The translations under genes were made by a program, and so were the position numbers. A DNA stretch of 64,000 nucleotides from contig CAWCNY010000004.1 in NCBI GenBank assembly GCA_963797095.1, forward strand, positions 192,001 through 256,000, read 5' to 3'. Shown piece by piece: positions 21,013 through 30,109 of the stretch (positions are counted from its first letter, which is position 1; each line of letters opens with the position of its first letter). The notes under the pieces are model-generated. The model was not told the DNA's origin. It saw only the letters and a program-made list of their open reading frames with translations, and searched no databases. This DNA comes from an uncultured Chloroflexia bacterium. GTDB lineage: Bacteria; Chloroflexota; Chloroflexia; QHBQ01; JADMIH01.

Positions 21013-21087
21013 TATGAAAAATTAACGGAAAATAGGTGAACGTTTGGTGAAAAACACCTAGCCATAGGCAACGTTGTGGGCTATAAT
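21013..21087 (+). promoter_or_regulatory. probable promoter of the respiratory cluster with 11-bp-phased direct repeats
   Basis: TATAAT at 21082-21087 with a weak -35; GGTGAA at 21035 and 21046. Confidence 0.45.
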
Positions 21088-21175
21088 ACCTTGACTGCGA
21101 CGCCTGGCGCACGTGTGTGCCTGCGCAGGCACATTGGCGCAGCCCCAAGGGTCTAGACGTATCGAGGAGGATGGA

Positions 21176-21307
21176 ATGAACCTTACCGAGAACCAGGAAC
21201 CCTTCATAATCTTCCCCGCACTGATCATCGCGATTCTGCTCCTGGTGCTGATCGACCGTATCGGCACGATCCGACCTCCAAAGGACGAAGACGAGGAGGA
21301 GATCTAG
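21176..21307 (+). CDS. 43-aa single-TM peptide abutting cytochrome b
   Basis: GAGGAGG RBS, hydrophobic helix and acidic tail; its stop directly precedes the ATG at 21308. Confidence 0.6.
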   Translation: MNLTENQEPFIIFPALIIAILLLVLIDRIGTIRPPKDEDEEEI

Positions 21308-22195
21308 ATGGCTACACGCTCGCTGCGCGACAGAGGGCGAATACCAAGCCCGGCTGATCTCTATGGGAGGTTACCCGGCTGGATTCGCACACCTTTAGGC
21401 AAACTGGGTGCAGTACTCAAGCGCACCTGGGAAGATGTGTCCGGTTCGATTATCCGGAACGGATGGCCTAACTCGGTGCGTGGCCGTTCCCTGGCGGTCA
21501 TGAACAGCGTATTCTTGCATTTGCACCCGATACGCACCCGCGCCGATGCAATCAAGATGACGTATACGTTCGGCCTGGGAGGGATATCGTTCTTCCTCTT
21601 CCTGTTGCTTACTCTCACCGGCGTGCTGCTGATGTTCTACTATATCCCGTCGGTAGACCAGGCGTGGCAGACCATGAACCAGATCAAGGACGATCAACCG
21701 TTCGGCTGGTTCCTGAGGAACATGCACAGGTGGGGCGCACATGCCATGGTGATTACGGTGTTCTTCCACATGTGCAGGGTGTTTTATACAGGTGCATTCC
21801 GCGCTCCGCGACAATTCAACTGGGTTGTAGGCGTGATATTGCTGGTGCTTACTTTTCTGTTGAGCTACACAGGCTACCTTCTGCCTTGGGACCAGCTTTC
21901 GTTGTGGGCGGTGCAGGTGGGTGTGAACATGGTTGGCTCAACGCCGCCACCGGCTGTTGGTGACTTTGTGAAGTTCATGCTGATTGGAGATTACTCGGTT
22001 GGGCAAAATGCGCTGATCCGGTTCTATACGTTACATGTGATAGCGCTACCGCTGCTGCTATCGATATTCCTGGCCGTTCACTTCTGGCGAATTCGGAAAG
22101 ACGGCTTCTCCCGAGGGCTCACATTTACGTCCAGGATCATGGAGCACGCTGATACACGCACAGCGGGCGAGCGTGCGGCAGGTAGAGGGAAATAG
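21308..22195 (+). CDS. qcrB: cytochrome b6-like subunit (N-terminal, split cytochrome b)
   Basis: GLGG, RNMHRWGAH...HMCRVF, TGYLLPWDQ and RFYTLH...VHF haem-ligand motifs. Confidence 0.93.
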   Translation: MATRSLRDRGRIPSPADLYGRLPGWIRTPLGKLGAVLKRTWEDVSGSIIRNGWPNSVRGRSLAVMNSVFLHLHPIRTRADAIKMTYTFGLGGISFFLFLLLTLTGVLLMFYYIPSVDQAWQTMNQIKDDQPFGWFLRNMHRWGAHAMVITVFFHMCRVFYTGAFRAPRQFNWVVGVILLVLTFLLSYTGYLLPWDQLSLWAVQVGVNMVGSTPPPAVGDFVKFMLIGDYSVGQNALIRFYTLHVIALPLLLSIFLAVHFWRIRKDGFSRGLTFTSRIMEHADTRTAGERAAGRGK

Positions 22196-22206
22196 GAGGC
22201 GCACAC

Positions 22207-23100
22207 ATGGCATCCATTGGCGACCGACTCCCTCAAACGAGGGAACCTAACGTAACAAGCACTCCCGGCGCAAGGGTGTTGACCCCGCCGGCAAGGACAC
22301 GCCCCACAACGCCGGCTGAACAGGAAGCGGGAACTGTACAGGTTTGGCCGCACCTGGTCGTAATCGAATTTCTGGGAGCATTGATCATTACGCTCAATAT
22401 GATCTTGCTGTCGACGCTGTTTAACGGGCCGTTCCTTGATATGGCGAACCCGGACAAGACGCCGAACCCATCGAAAGCCCCGTGGTACTTCCTCAATCTC
22501 CAGGAACTGCTTCTGCACATGAACCCTGCGCTAGCGGGCGTTATTGTACCTACAATAGCCCTGATCCTGATCGCGGCGATCCCCTATGTGGACCGTGGCG
22601 CGAAGGGTTTGGGAGTCTGGTGGTATAGCGAGAGAGGCCCTAAGATCGCGCTGTTCACGGTTGTCTACACTACAGTTGTCACCGGATCACTTATTGCGCT
22701 TGACAAGTTCTTCCCTCTGAAGGCGAACTTCAGCATCTGGCTTCGAACCGCAGATACTCAGGTAGCCGGAGCGAGTGCCGATGATGGACCGCTCTCACCG
22801 ATTACCTACTTCATAGCGAATACCCTTTTCAACGGAGACCATGCGGTGGCACTGGGTGTGCTGCAAGAGGCCATTGTAGGCTGGATCATTCCGACGATCT
22901 GCTTCGCATTCTTTCCAACTCTGCTTGTGATCCTTCTCAAGCGAGTGTTCAAAGGGGCCGACCTCACCGAGATCATAATTGGGCTCTTTACGGGGTTTGT
23001 TACGCTTTATCTGGTGCTCACGTTCGTCGGAACGGCAATGCGCGGCACCAGTATGGACCTTTACCCTCCTTGGGCTTTGCCTCCCAACCAGGAAGGATGA
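22207..23100 (+). CDS. cytochrome b6f subunit IV-like protein (C-terminal part of cytochrome b)
   Basis: WPHLV..E, ANPDKTPNPSKAPWYF (PEWY equivalent), IPYVDR. Confidence 0.88.
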   Translation: MASIGDRLPQTREPNVTSTPGARVLTPPARTRPTTPAEQEAGTVQVWPHLVVIEFLGALIITLNMILLSTLFNGPFLDMANPDKTPNPSKAPWYFLNLQELLLHMNPALAGVIVPTIALILIAAIPYVDRGAKGLGVWWYSERGPKIALFTVVYTTVVTGSLIALDKFFPLKANFSIWLRTADTQVAGASADDGPLSPITYFIANTLFNGDHAVALGVLQEAIVGWIIPTICFAFFPTLLVILLKRVFKGADLTEIIIGLFTGFVTLYLVLTFVGTAMRGTSMDLYPPWALPPNQEG

Positions 23101-23187
23101 CCTGGGACAAAATCAATAGACGGAAAGAGGAATGCGGAGTAAGAGAACGGTCATCCATGACGGGTCGTCGGAAAAGAGGAGATAAGT

Positions 23188-23772
23188 ATGCAAAGAATGG
23201 CAGATACAAGACGAGAAACATTGACGCCCAGAACGGGAGTTGATGCGCCAAACCGGCCTGAAGATACGGCGGGTGGGCGCACAGCCCCCAAAACGCGACG
23301 TGACGTGCTGAAGTGGGGCCTATTCGGCTCGCTTCTGCTGATGGTCGGAGGCTTCGGCTATTCCTTCCTTCAGTTCTTTACTCCCAAGAAGGTGGGCACC
23401 TTCGGTGGCAAAGTAACAGTACCGATTACATTGGCCGATCTTCCGGTCAATAGCGATCCATTCAGGGTCCGCGAGGGGAAGTTCTATCTCGTGCATATCC
23501 CTGAAGGATTGCTCGCTCTCTACTGGAAGTGCAAACACCTGGGATGCACGGTGCCCTGGAAGCCGGACGAGGAATTTCAGGGACAGATCGGCATTTTCCA
23601 CTGCCCGTGCCACGGCTCGATCTACCTCAGGAACGGGCAAAATGTGGCTGGACCGGCCCCCGCGCCGCTTGACCTGATGGCGATTGACCTTTCAGGCGGA
23701 AAGATCGTGGTAGATACAGGTAAGATCACCACTAGAACCAGGTTTGAGCCTTCACAGGCCGTCAAAGTCTAG
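23188..23772 (+). CDS. qcrA: Rieske [2Fe-2S] protein
   Basis: Tat-like TRRDVL plus TM helix; CKHLGC and CPCHGS boxes; GPAPAPL. Confidence 0.95.
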   Translation: MQRMADTRRETLTPRTGVDAPNRPEDTAGGRTAPKTRRDVLKWGLFGSLLLMVGGFGYSFLQFFTPKKVGTFGGKVTVPITLADLPVNSDPFRVREGKFYLVHIPEGLLALYWKCKHLGCTVPWKPDEEFQGQIGIFHCPCHGSIYLRNGQNVAGPAPAPLDLMAIDLSGGKIVVDTGKITTRTRFEPSQAVKV

Positions 23773-23881
23773 AACTGAACACAAAAGCCGGGCAAAGGGT
23801 TGAAGTCCGGCAGCATATACCTGGCGGTCGTTTTTCGGTCGCCCGTCGCGGATTGTGTGAGAAGCAGGAGAGGGAGAGGCT

Positions 23882-24754
23882 ATGCGTGACAAAGTAGTGC
23901 TGGGTGTAACCCTTGCCATCGTGCTGCTCTTGACGTTGGTGATCTACGGAATCGTAGATACCCAGCGCACTCCGAGCCTCCAGGCCTCCGACCTGGAGCG
24001 TATGGTCGATAAGGGGCAGACGATTTACGCGCAATACTGCATTCAATGCCACGGGCCGAGAGGCGAGGGGTGCATTGGTCCTGCGCTGAATCGAGAAGTC
24101 TGGCATCCGGAACTTGCAAATGGAGATAAGAACACCAATTTTGATGACGCCAGCCACGATTTCATCAAGAAGGTCGTAGAGCGTGGCCGCCCTTCGAACC
24201 AGCCTGGTATGCAAATGCCCTCATGGTCGATAAATGAAGGCGGCGCACTGAACGATGAGGATATAGAAGATGTCATCGCGTTCATACAATACGGCAACTT
24301 CGACACCACGTTGGAAGATGCCGCATCCGCAACGGGATTGAACGAGGCATTCCCCACATTTCCGGGATTCCAGGACACAGCACAGATCGCTCGCGTGAAG
24401 GAAGTAATGCTGGCAAAGGGATGCCTAAACTGCCACACTCTGGGCAAGGGTGGCGGTAAGATAGGCGCTGACCTGACCGACGTGGGCAGCAGGCGCACAG
24501 CCGATTGGATCCGTAAGTGGATCGACAATCCGCCCGCCGTGCCGGCTTCGCAGCGTGGGCCTAATCTGTGGCTTGTGGGTGTGACGGCGACAGTGCCGGT
24601 GCCTGGATTGACGCCCCAGGCCAACACCTCTCCTACGGCGACGCCGCAGCAGTTCCCGATGAATACTACTTATATGCCCAAGATCGCTATGACCCAGGAC
24701 GAGTTGAACTTGCTCGTGGACTATCTCTCGCACGCGCGTACGACCACCAAGTAG
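23882..24754 (+). CDS. membrane-anchored dihaem c-type cytochrome
   Basis: N-terminal TM; CIQCH...MPSW and CLNCH...MPK. Confidence 0.92.
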   Translation: MRDKVVLGVTLAIVLLLTLVIYGIVDTQRTPSLQASDLERMVDKGQTIYAQYCIQCHGPRGEGCIGPALNREVWHPELANGDKNTNFDDASHDFIKKVVERGRPSNQPGMQMPSWSINEGGALNDEDIEDVIAFIQYGNFDTTLEDAASATGLNEAFPTFPGFQDTAQIARVKEVMLAKGCLNCHTLGKGGGKIGADLTDVGSRRTADWIRKWIDNPPAVPASQRGPNLWLVGVTATVPVPGLTPQANTSPTATPQQFPMNTTYMPKIAMTQDELNLLVDYLSHARTTTK

Positions 24755-24781
24755 CAACCAGGGATCAGGAGGAAGAGCTAT

Positions 24782-25669
24782 ATGGCCGCTCTGGGTGCGG
24801 TAGTCAAGAAGACCGAGGAAGGGCTGCGTTTGACAGCTAAAGGGCGTGCGCTGGCTATTTTCAGCGTGGTGCTGATACTTGGATTCGCGCTGGCGACGCT
24901 CAATGTACCGCTAGCATCGTCGGCGGCCAATGCTGTGGAAGTGCAGCATATAACTCAGGCCGTGCCTACCGACCCCCAATCGCCGCTGTGGGACCAGGCT
25001 ACGGAAGCGCAGATACCGCTGAGCGCACAGCAGATGCAACAGCCCGGTGGTGGAACCACCCGGGCCGTGTATGTGCGGGCACTTGAAGATGGCATGACTT
25101 TCGCGATCAGGGTTTCATGGGACGATGACACTAAGAACGAGACTGTCGGAAGCCTACCGAGTGATGCGGCGGCTATTCAATTGCCAATCGACCCACAGCA
25201 TCTCCCCTATCAGTGCATGGGGCAGAGCACCAGCCGGGTAAATATCTGGCAGTGGAAGGCAGCACTGGAGAAGGAAGCCGGTGAGACGCTGCCGACCACG
25301 GGAATGGAAGGGGGAGCGAGAGACCTGACGAGCAACGGGATCTGCAAGGCTGTCGAAACGAATGGCATAGGACCATCAGCCAGGTCGTATCACGACGGCA
25401 AGCAATGGCATGTTGTGTACTGGCGGCAACTTTACAAGGGAGACCTGGTCACAGCGCCAATAATAAGGGAGGCCAACACTTCTATTGCCTTCGCGGTGTG
25501 GAACGGAGCCAACGGCGAGACGCGCGGGATGAAAGCAGTCTCAACCTGGAACACATTAACGTTCCAAACGCCACCTGTGAACAGCGCCGCCGGACTGGTA
25601 ACAGTGGCAGCCGTTGTGCTCGTTTCAGCTGGAATCGTAGGCTGGGCCATGCGACGCTATGGCAGGTAG
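24782..25669 (+). CDS. EbdC/DOMON-type haem b-binding protein (ethylbenzene dehydrogenase gamma-like) with N- and C-terminal TM segments
   Basis: SWDD, DAAAIQLP, CMGQ, VNIWQWKA and FAVWNG...KAVSTW motifs of this family. Confidence 0.8.
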   Translation: MAALGAVVKKTEEGLRLTAKGRALAIFSVVLILGFALATLNVPLASSAANAVEVQHITQAVPTDPQSPLWDQATEAQIPLSAQQMQQPGGGTTRAVYVRALEDGMTFAIRVSWDDDTKNETVGSLPSDAAAIQLPIDPQHLPYQCMGQSTSRVNIWQWKAALEKEAGETLPTTGMEGGARDLTSNGICKAVETNGIGPSARSYHDGKQWHVVYWRQLYKGDLVTAPIIREANTSIAFAVWNGANGETRGMKAVSTWNTLTFQTPPVNSAAGLVTVAAVVLVSAGIVGWAMRRYGR

Positions 25670-25762
25670 ACAGCAAGCAAGGAGCAATTAACAAGATACA
25701 GACGACCGTAGGCTCAAGACCGGCATCCGTCACCACTCACATTTGACTCATCGGAGGGAGGA

Positions 25763-27247
25763 ATGAGCGTAGTAGCGAGAGAGTTCGAGACCACACGACC
25801 GGGGTTCCTGACTGCCGAAGGCAGCGCATCGCGCAACTTTCTATATTCGGCGATATTTTGGCTTACTTTAGCTGACTTTGTAGGGCTGATCGCGGCGATG
25901 GAGATGATCAGCCCGGATTTCCTGGCAGGCATTCCATATCTGACATTTGGGCGTCTCAGGCCGATGCACACCAACGGTGTGCTGTTCATGTGGCTCTCGA
26001 TGGCCCAGATCGGGGCGTTCCTTTACATTGTTCCGAAGTTATGCGGTGTCAAGCTGTTTAGTGAAGTATTGGGCAATGTGGTCATGATCCTGTGGAACAT
26101 GGTCGGGATCGCCGGATACATTACCCTTTCGCTTGGCCTAACCCAGGCAAGAGAGTATGCTGAGCTAATCTGGCCGATTGATGTCATGGTCCTGGTCGGG
26201 CTACTGCTTACAGGCTACAATATTTACAAGACGATATTCAGCCGCAAGGAAAAGAAACTATACGTTTCTTTGTGGTACATCATGGGCACGCTTGTATGGA
26301 TGCCGATGCTTTACTTCGTGGGAAACGTCATGTGGCAGCCACTATTGCCCAACAGCGATCCCGGCATCCCCAGTCTGCAATCGAATATTGCGGGCTTCCC
26401 GTCAGGGAGCTTGAACGGTATCGACGATGTGACCTGGCAGTGGTTCTATGGGCATAACGTGCTTGGCTACTGGTTCACTACATCGGGGGTGGCTATAGTC
26501 TATTACCTTGTGCCGGTCTTGACGCGCTCCCCGCTTTACAGTCACCTGCTATCATTGATTGGGTTCTGGTCCATTGCCTTCTTCTACGGGTTGGTAGGCC
26601 AACACCATATCCTGCAAACGCCAACGCCAGGCTGGCTTAAGACGCTGGCTGTAGTTGGCTCGATCGGCCTTTTTATTCCAGTCTTTACGTTCCTGACGAA
26701 TATCTGGCTCACGATGAGGGGCAACTGGGGGAAGATATACGAAAGTCTGCCACTCAAATTTGTGATGGTGGGCAGTATCTTCTATTTCGTGACGTGTGTG
26801 CAAGGCCCTATGCAGGCGATTCAGGGATTCAACCGCCTGATCCACTTCACCAACTGGATCGTTGGACATGCTCATCTGGCGCTGCTCGGCACGTTCTCGT
26901 TCTGGGCCATGGCGGCTATCTACTATATCATTCCGGTTACCCTCAAGCGCAGGATATATAGTCCGGGGCTTGGTGAGGCCCAGTTCTGGATGATAACAAT
27001 CGGCTTCCTCTTGATGATGATCTCACTGCAAATAGGTGGCCTTGTACAGGGTGCAATGTGGCTCAACGGCGACACGGTGTACAAGGTGCTGCCCGAACTT
27101 AAGCCTTATCTGGTTATCAGAGCCGTGTCGGGCGCAATGATAGTGATTGCAGGGATTATGCAGGCCTGGCAGATATACAAGACTGTGACAGTGGGTGAGC
27201 CGATCACCGTGAAAAGCCCGGCAACCGCAGCAGAATCGATTAGCTAA
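25763..27247 (+). CDS. ccoN: cbb3-type cytochrome c oxidase subunit I
   Basis: FGRLRPMHTNG, REYAELIWPID, WFYGHN, FY..VGQHH (CuB) and WIVGHAH. Confidence 0.95.
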   Translation: MSVVAREFETTRPGFLTAEGSASRNFLYSAIFWLTLADFVGLIAAMEMISPDFLAGIPYLTFGRLRPMHTNGVLFMWLSMAQIGAFLYIVPKLCGVKLFSEVLGNVVMILWNMVGIAGYITLSLGLTQAREYAELIWPIDVMVLVGLLLTGYNIYKTIFSRKEKKLYVSLWYIMGTLVWMPMLYFVGNVMWQPLLPNSDPGIPSLQSNIAGFPSGSLNGIDDVTWQWFYGHNVLGYWFTTSGVAIVYYLVPVLTRSPLYSHLLSLIGFWSIAFFYGLVGQHHILQTPTPGWLKTLAVVGSIGLFIPVFTFLTNIWLTMRGNWGKIYESLPLKFVMVGSIFYFVTCVQGPMQAIQGFNRLIHFTNWIVGHAHLALLGTFSFWAMAAIYYIIPVTLKRRIYSPGLGEAQFWMITIGFLLMMISLQIGGLVQGAMWLNGDTVYKVLPELKPYLVIRAVSGAMIVIAGIMQAWQIYKTVTVGEPITVKSPATAAESIS

Positions 27248-27302
27248 GCAGATTGAGGTTTCAGCAACCGGATAGCAAGTACGCATCACGAAGGGAAACG
27301 CC

Positions 27303-28355
27303 ATGCACCAACAGGGTGGAGCTGTATTCAGGATGGACCCACGCACCGTGTTTATCGGAGCGCTGATAGTCTTCGCATCAATTATCTTCGTCGTCACCAC
27401 GCTTCCATACCTGACTTTCAACCCGCCACGCTCGGCGGACGCCCGTCCACTGACGGAGCAAGAGGAGCGAGGACGGCGGTTGTACGCGTCTAATGGATGC
27501 TTCTACTGCCACAGCCAGTACCTGCGTCCGCAGGACTGGACGGGGGTTGGTTCCTACCGCACCACAGGGCGAACCGCGCAGGCTGGTGACTACTTCTTCC
27601 AGGAAACCCCTATGCTTGGGACTGAGCGCACAGGCCCTGATCTTTCACAGGAAGGTGGGGTGCATACGGACGAGTGGCATCTAGCGCACTTCTATAACCC
27701 GCGCTGGACTTCGGTGAAATCGATCATGCCTGAGTTCAGTTTCTACTATGATCAAAACCTGGCAGGTGGAATCACTCCCAGCCAGGACGTATACGATCTT
27801 GTCGCATATGTCCAGAGCCTGGGAGGACAATCGGGCGTGGATCGCGCCAATCTCCAGCGCGAGCGGAAACAGACTTTGCTCGATGAGCGGGCTAAAGGCA
27901 ACGATGCGATCATTCACGACTACTTCCCCGCAACATGGCGCACTGTCCGTAACCCCATTGAGCCTACTATTCGTTCGTTGGTGCATGGGAAGCAGGTGTT
28001 CACCACCAACTGCACTGGATGTCATGGGCTTAATGGGGATGGCAAGGGTCCGGCGACGTATTTCATCAATAACCCCGCGCCGAGGAACTTCACCGATGCG
28101 AGCGCACAACTGTTCTTCAGCGATGGCGAACTATATGACGCGATCTTGAGGGGAGTTGACGGCACTGCAATGCCCGCATGGGGCGATATGCTTACCGTGA
28201 ACGACATCTGGGATGTGACCAACTTCATAAGAACAATCCCGAATGGTGGGCTACAGACCAATGACCTTGATGCCTCAATGATGATCAGCCCACCCGATAT
28301 CGTACCAATAGAGGCAACACCGGCTGCAACGCCAAGCGTGAATCCAACTCCATAG
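27303..28355 (+). CDS. ccoO: cbb3 oxidase subunit II (CcoO) fused to a second cytochrome c domain
   Basis: GCFYCHSQYLR, GTERTGPDLS, WHLAHFYNPR...SIMP, YVQSLG; then CTGCHG...AMPAW. Confidence 0.92.
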   Translation: MHQQGGAVFRMDPRTVFIGALIVFASIIFVVTTLPYLTFNPPRSADARPLTEQEERGRRLYASNGCFYCHSQYLRPQDWTGVGSYRTTGRTAQAGDYFFQETPMLGTERTGPDLSQEGGVHTDEWHLAHFYNPRWTSVKSIMPEFSFYYDQNLAGGITPSQDVYDLVAYVQSLGGQSGVDRANLQRERKQTLLDERAKGNDAIIHDYFPATWRTVRNPIEPTIRSLVHGKQVFTTNCTGCHGLNGDGKGPATYFINNPAPRNFTDASAQLFFSDGELYDAILRGVDGTAMPAWGDMLTVNDIWDVTNFIRTIPNGGLQTNDLDASMMISPPDIVPIEATPAATPSVNPTP

Positions 28356-28381
28356 GCGAAACGCAGAAAGAAGTAGGTAAT

Positions 28382-28816
28382 ATGAACAGGATCAAACAGC
28401 AATTAGAGCAAATGAGCGGTGCACGGATTGTGCTGATAGTGGGGGTACTTGCTCTCGCACTGGTGCCTGCGCCGGCTTTCGCCCATGATAACCTGGGCGG
28501 CGACGAGCTGGCGGTCGCCAACTGGATGTTCGTGGCTGCGGTGGTGACAATCGCCCTTGGTGCTTTGTGGGCTTTGTGGGCGATCAGATCGGGGCAGTTC
28601 AACAACATAGAGCAATCCAAGTACACGATGCTGGAAAATTCTGAGGATTACGATGCAATTATGGCCGAATATGACGCAAGGGAAATAGCGGCAAAAGAAG
28701 CAAGCAGCCCGAGTAAGACGAACGCGAAAGTGGCACCCGGCGCACCCGTGCAGCCTGACGCAGCCCCCACGCGAAATACGACTGGCACCACTAGCGGTAA
28801 AACCGCCAACGCGTGA
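28382..28816 (+). CDS. CcoS/FixS-like cbb3 maturation protein with an N-terminal signal-like extension
   Basis: TM ending LWAIRSGQFNNIE resembles the CcoS WA..SGQF.D.E motif; AFA-H cleavage-like site. Confidence 0.7.
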   Translation: MNRIKQQLEQMSGARIVLIVGVLALALVPAPAFAHDNLGGDELAVANWMFVAAVVTIALGALWALWAIRSGQFNNIEQSKYTMLENSEDYDAIMAEYDAREIAAKEASSPSKTNAKVAPGAPVQPDAAPTRNTTGTTSGKTANA

Positions 28817-28837
28817 CGAGAAAGAGGAGAATAGAGA

Positions 28838-29134
28838 ATGTCATTCCCAAATCCCGGCGACCTCATAAAACCCTGGTCATGGAACATCGTTCTAGAAGGG
28901 GTCGTGTGGTTCATTGTCCTTCTATTAACTGTCGGTGTGATAACCTGGACCCGCGCAGGTCGCGATAGGCGGAACCTGCCTGATCAATTGGGACGTAATG
29001 TAGAAGATTTCGCCGGAATTACCCAGGAAAGTAATGGGCGGCTTCCGGGTTTTCTGCTGCTGTTCTATCTGGTGGTGGGGCTGTTCATGCTCGGCTACCC
29101 GATTGTTACTCTCATCTTCAATTACAACTACTGA
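28838..29134 (+). CDS. 2-TM protein resembling the haem-less N-terminal anchor of CcoP (FixP_N)
   Basis: EDFAGITQESNGRLPGFLLLFY resembles H.YDGI.E.DNPLP.WW..LF; AGAGGAG RBS. Confidence 0.6.
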   Translation: MSFPNPGDLIKPWSWNIVLEGVVWFIVLLLTVGVITWTRAGRDRRNLPDQLGRNVEDFAGITQESNGRLPGFLLLFYLVVGLFMLGYPIVTLIFNYNY

Positions 29135-29195
29135 CAATAGGTATCATACGTGGGATAACGCATCTTATGCGATAGATCGCGACGGAGCAATGACG

Positions 29196-29513
29196 ATGGA
29201 ACAGGAAACTCGGCAGCTACAAAATGAAATTCAGGTTGCACACAGGTTTCGGGCAGTAACCGAGCACGAACCACTTTATGGACTTGCACCGGAGCCAGGG
29301 GCGGGCGGACCTGAGAGCACAGGCGACCCGGATCAGCCACTGCGCGAAGTGCCGGTGGAGGAGCCGGAAGCGCCCGGGGAGGAGAGCACGAACCTGACAT
29401 GGGGGATTGTGTTCGGCGGGGTGCTGCTCCTTTTTCTGCTGGTAGCGGTGCTCTATTTTGGGATCGGGAATACTTATTCAACCCAACCCTTCACTTCATA
29501 CCCTCTGAAGTAA
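29196..29513 (+). CDS. small single-TM protein
   Basis: GGAG RBS; acidic, Pro-rich N-terminus followed by a TM helix. Confidence 0.55.
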   Translation: MEQETRQLQNEIQVAHRFRAVTEHEPLYGLAPEPGAGGPESTGDPDQPLREVPVEEPEAPGEESTNLTWGIVFGGVLLLFLLVAVLYFGIGNTYSTQPFTSYPLK

Positions 29514-29537
29514 ACCGAAAAGCACTCAGGAGCTAAC

Positions 29538-29852
29538 ATGTCAGTAGTTAGAACAATGTCGTTTACCGTCCCGTCAGAGCGCAAGCACGAGCTCAATCCC
29601 GGCCATAATCTCTATCTTGCGGCGGTGCATGGGACACAGTCTGCCGCCCAGAGCGTAGACGGGTACCAGAAGGGCGGGGTGTGGATGCAACGCCAGGCAG
29701 ATGGCTCGGTGAGGGTGTCGATGTTCTCGCAATTCGACGAGTTGGACAATATGGAAAGGTATGCGAATGTACCAATGATCCGTGATTTTGAGAAAGATGT
29801 GACGACATACCTCAGCCCTGTCGATGTTAACGTTTATGAGGTGCTCGGGTAG
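29538..29852 (+). CDS. small dimeric alpha/beta-barrel (ABM-like) protein
   Basis: AGGAG RBS; 104 aa with ferredoxin-like pattern (V..M.F...DGY......V..FSQF......VYEVL). Confidence 0.6.
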   Translation: MSVVRTMSFTVPSERKHELNPGHNLYLAAVHGTQSAAQSVDGYQKGGVWMQRQADGSVRVSMFSQFDELDNMERYANVPMIRDFEKDVTTYLSPVDVNVYEVLG

Positions 29853-29914
29853 TTTATATGTACACAGAAGCCGGTTTGTAGCTGTCTGTGTCCTAAGAAA
29901 GCAAGGTCATACTA

Positions 29915-30109
29915 GTGTTTGGATTCGCCCAATGGGATAGCCCCTTTTCTCTTGTAATCGAAGCAGGTATTTCTGCCCTACTGATCGCAGGATTGCTTGT
30001 CGTGGTGCGGCGCGTGAATGCGCAGGCAGAAGCCGAACGACGCGACAAAAACGATGCAATACAGCATGATGCACTAGAAAGCAGCACAAACAAGCAGAAT
30101 GATCAATAG
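29915..30109 (+). CDS. small single-TM protein
   Basis: 64 aa, one hydrophobic helix, overlaps the next ORF. Confidence 0.45.
   Translation: MFGFAQWDSPFSLVIEAGISALLIAGLLVVVRRVNAQAEAERRDKNDAIQHDALESSTNKQNDQ

Noticed and set aside
25763-27247. Possible nitric oxide reductase rather than oxidase
   Set aside because: It has the cbb3 signatures (GRLRP.HTN, EYAEL.WPID, Tyr before GxHH) and an adjacent CcoO.
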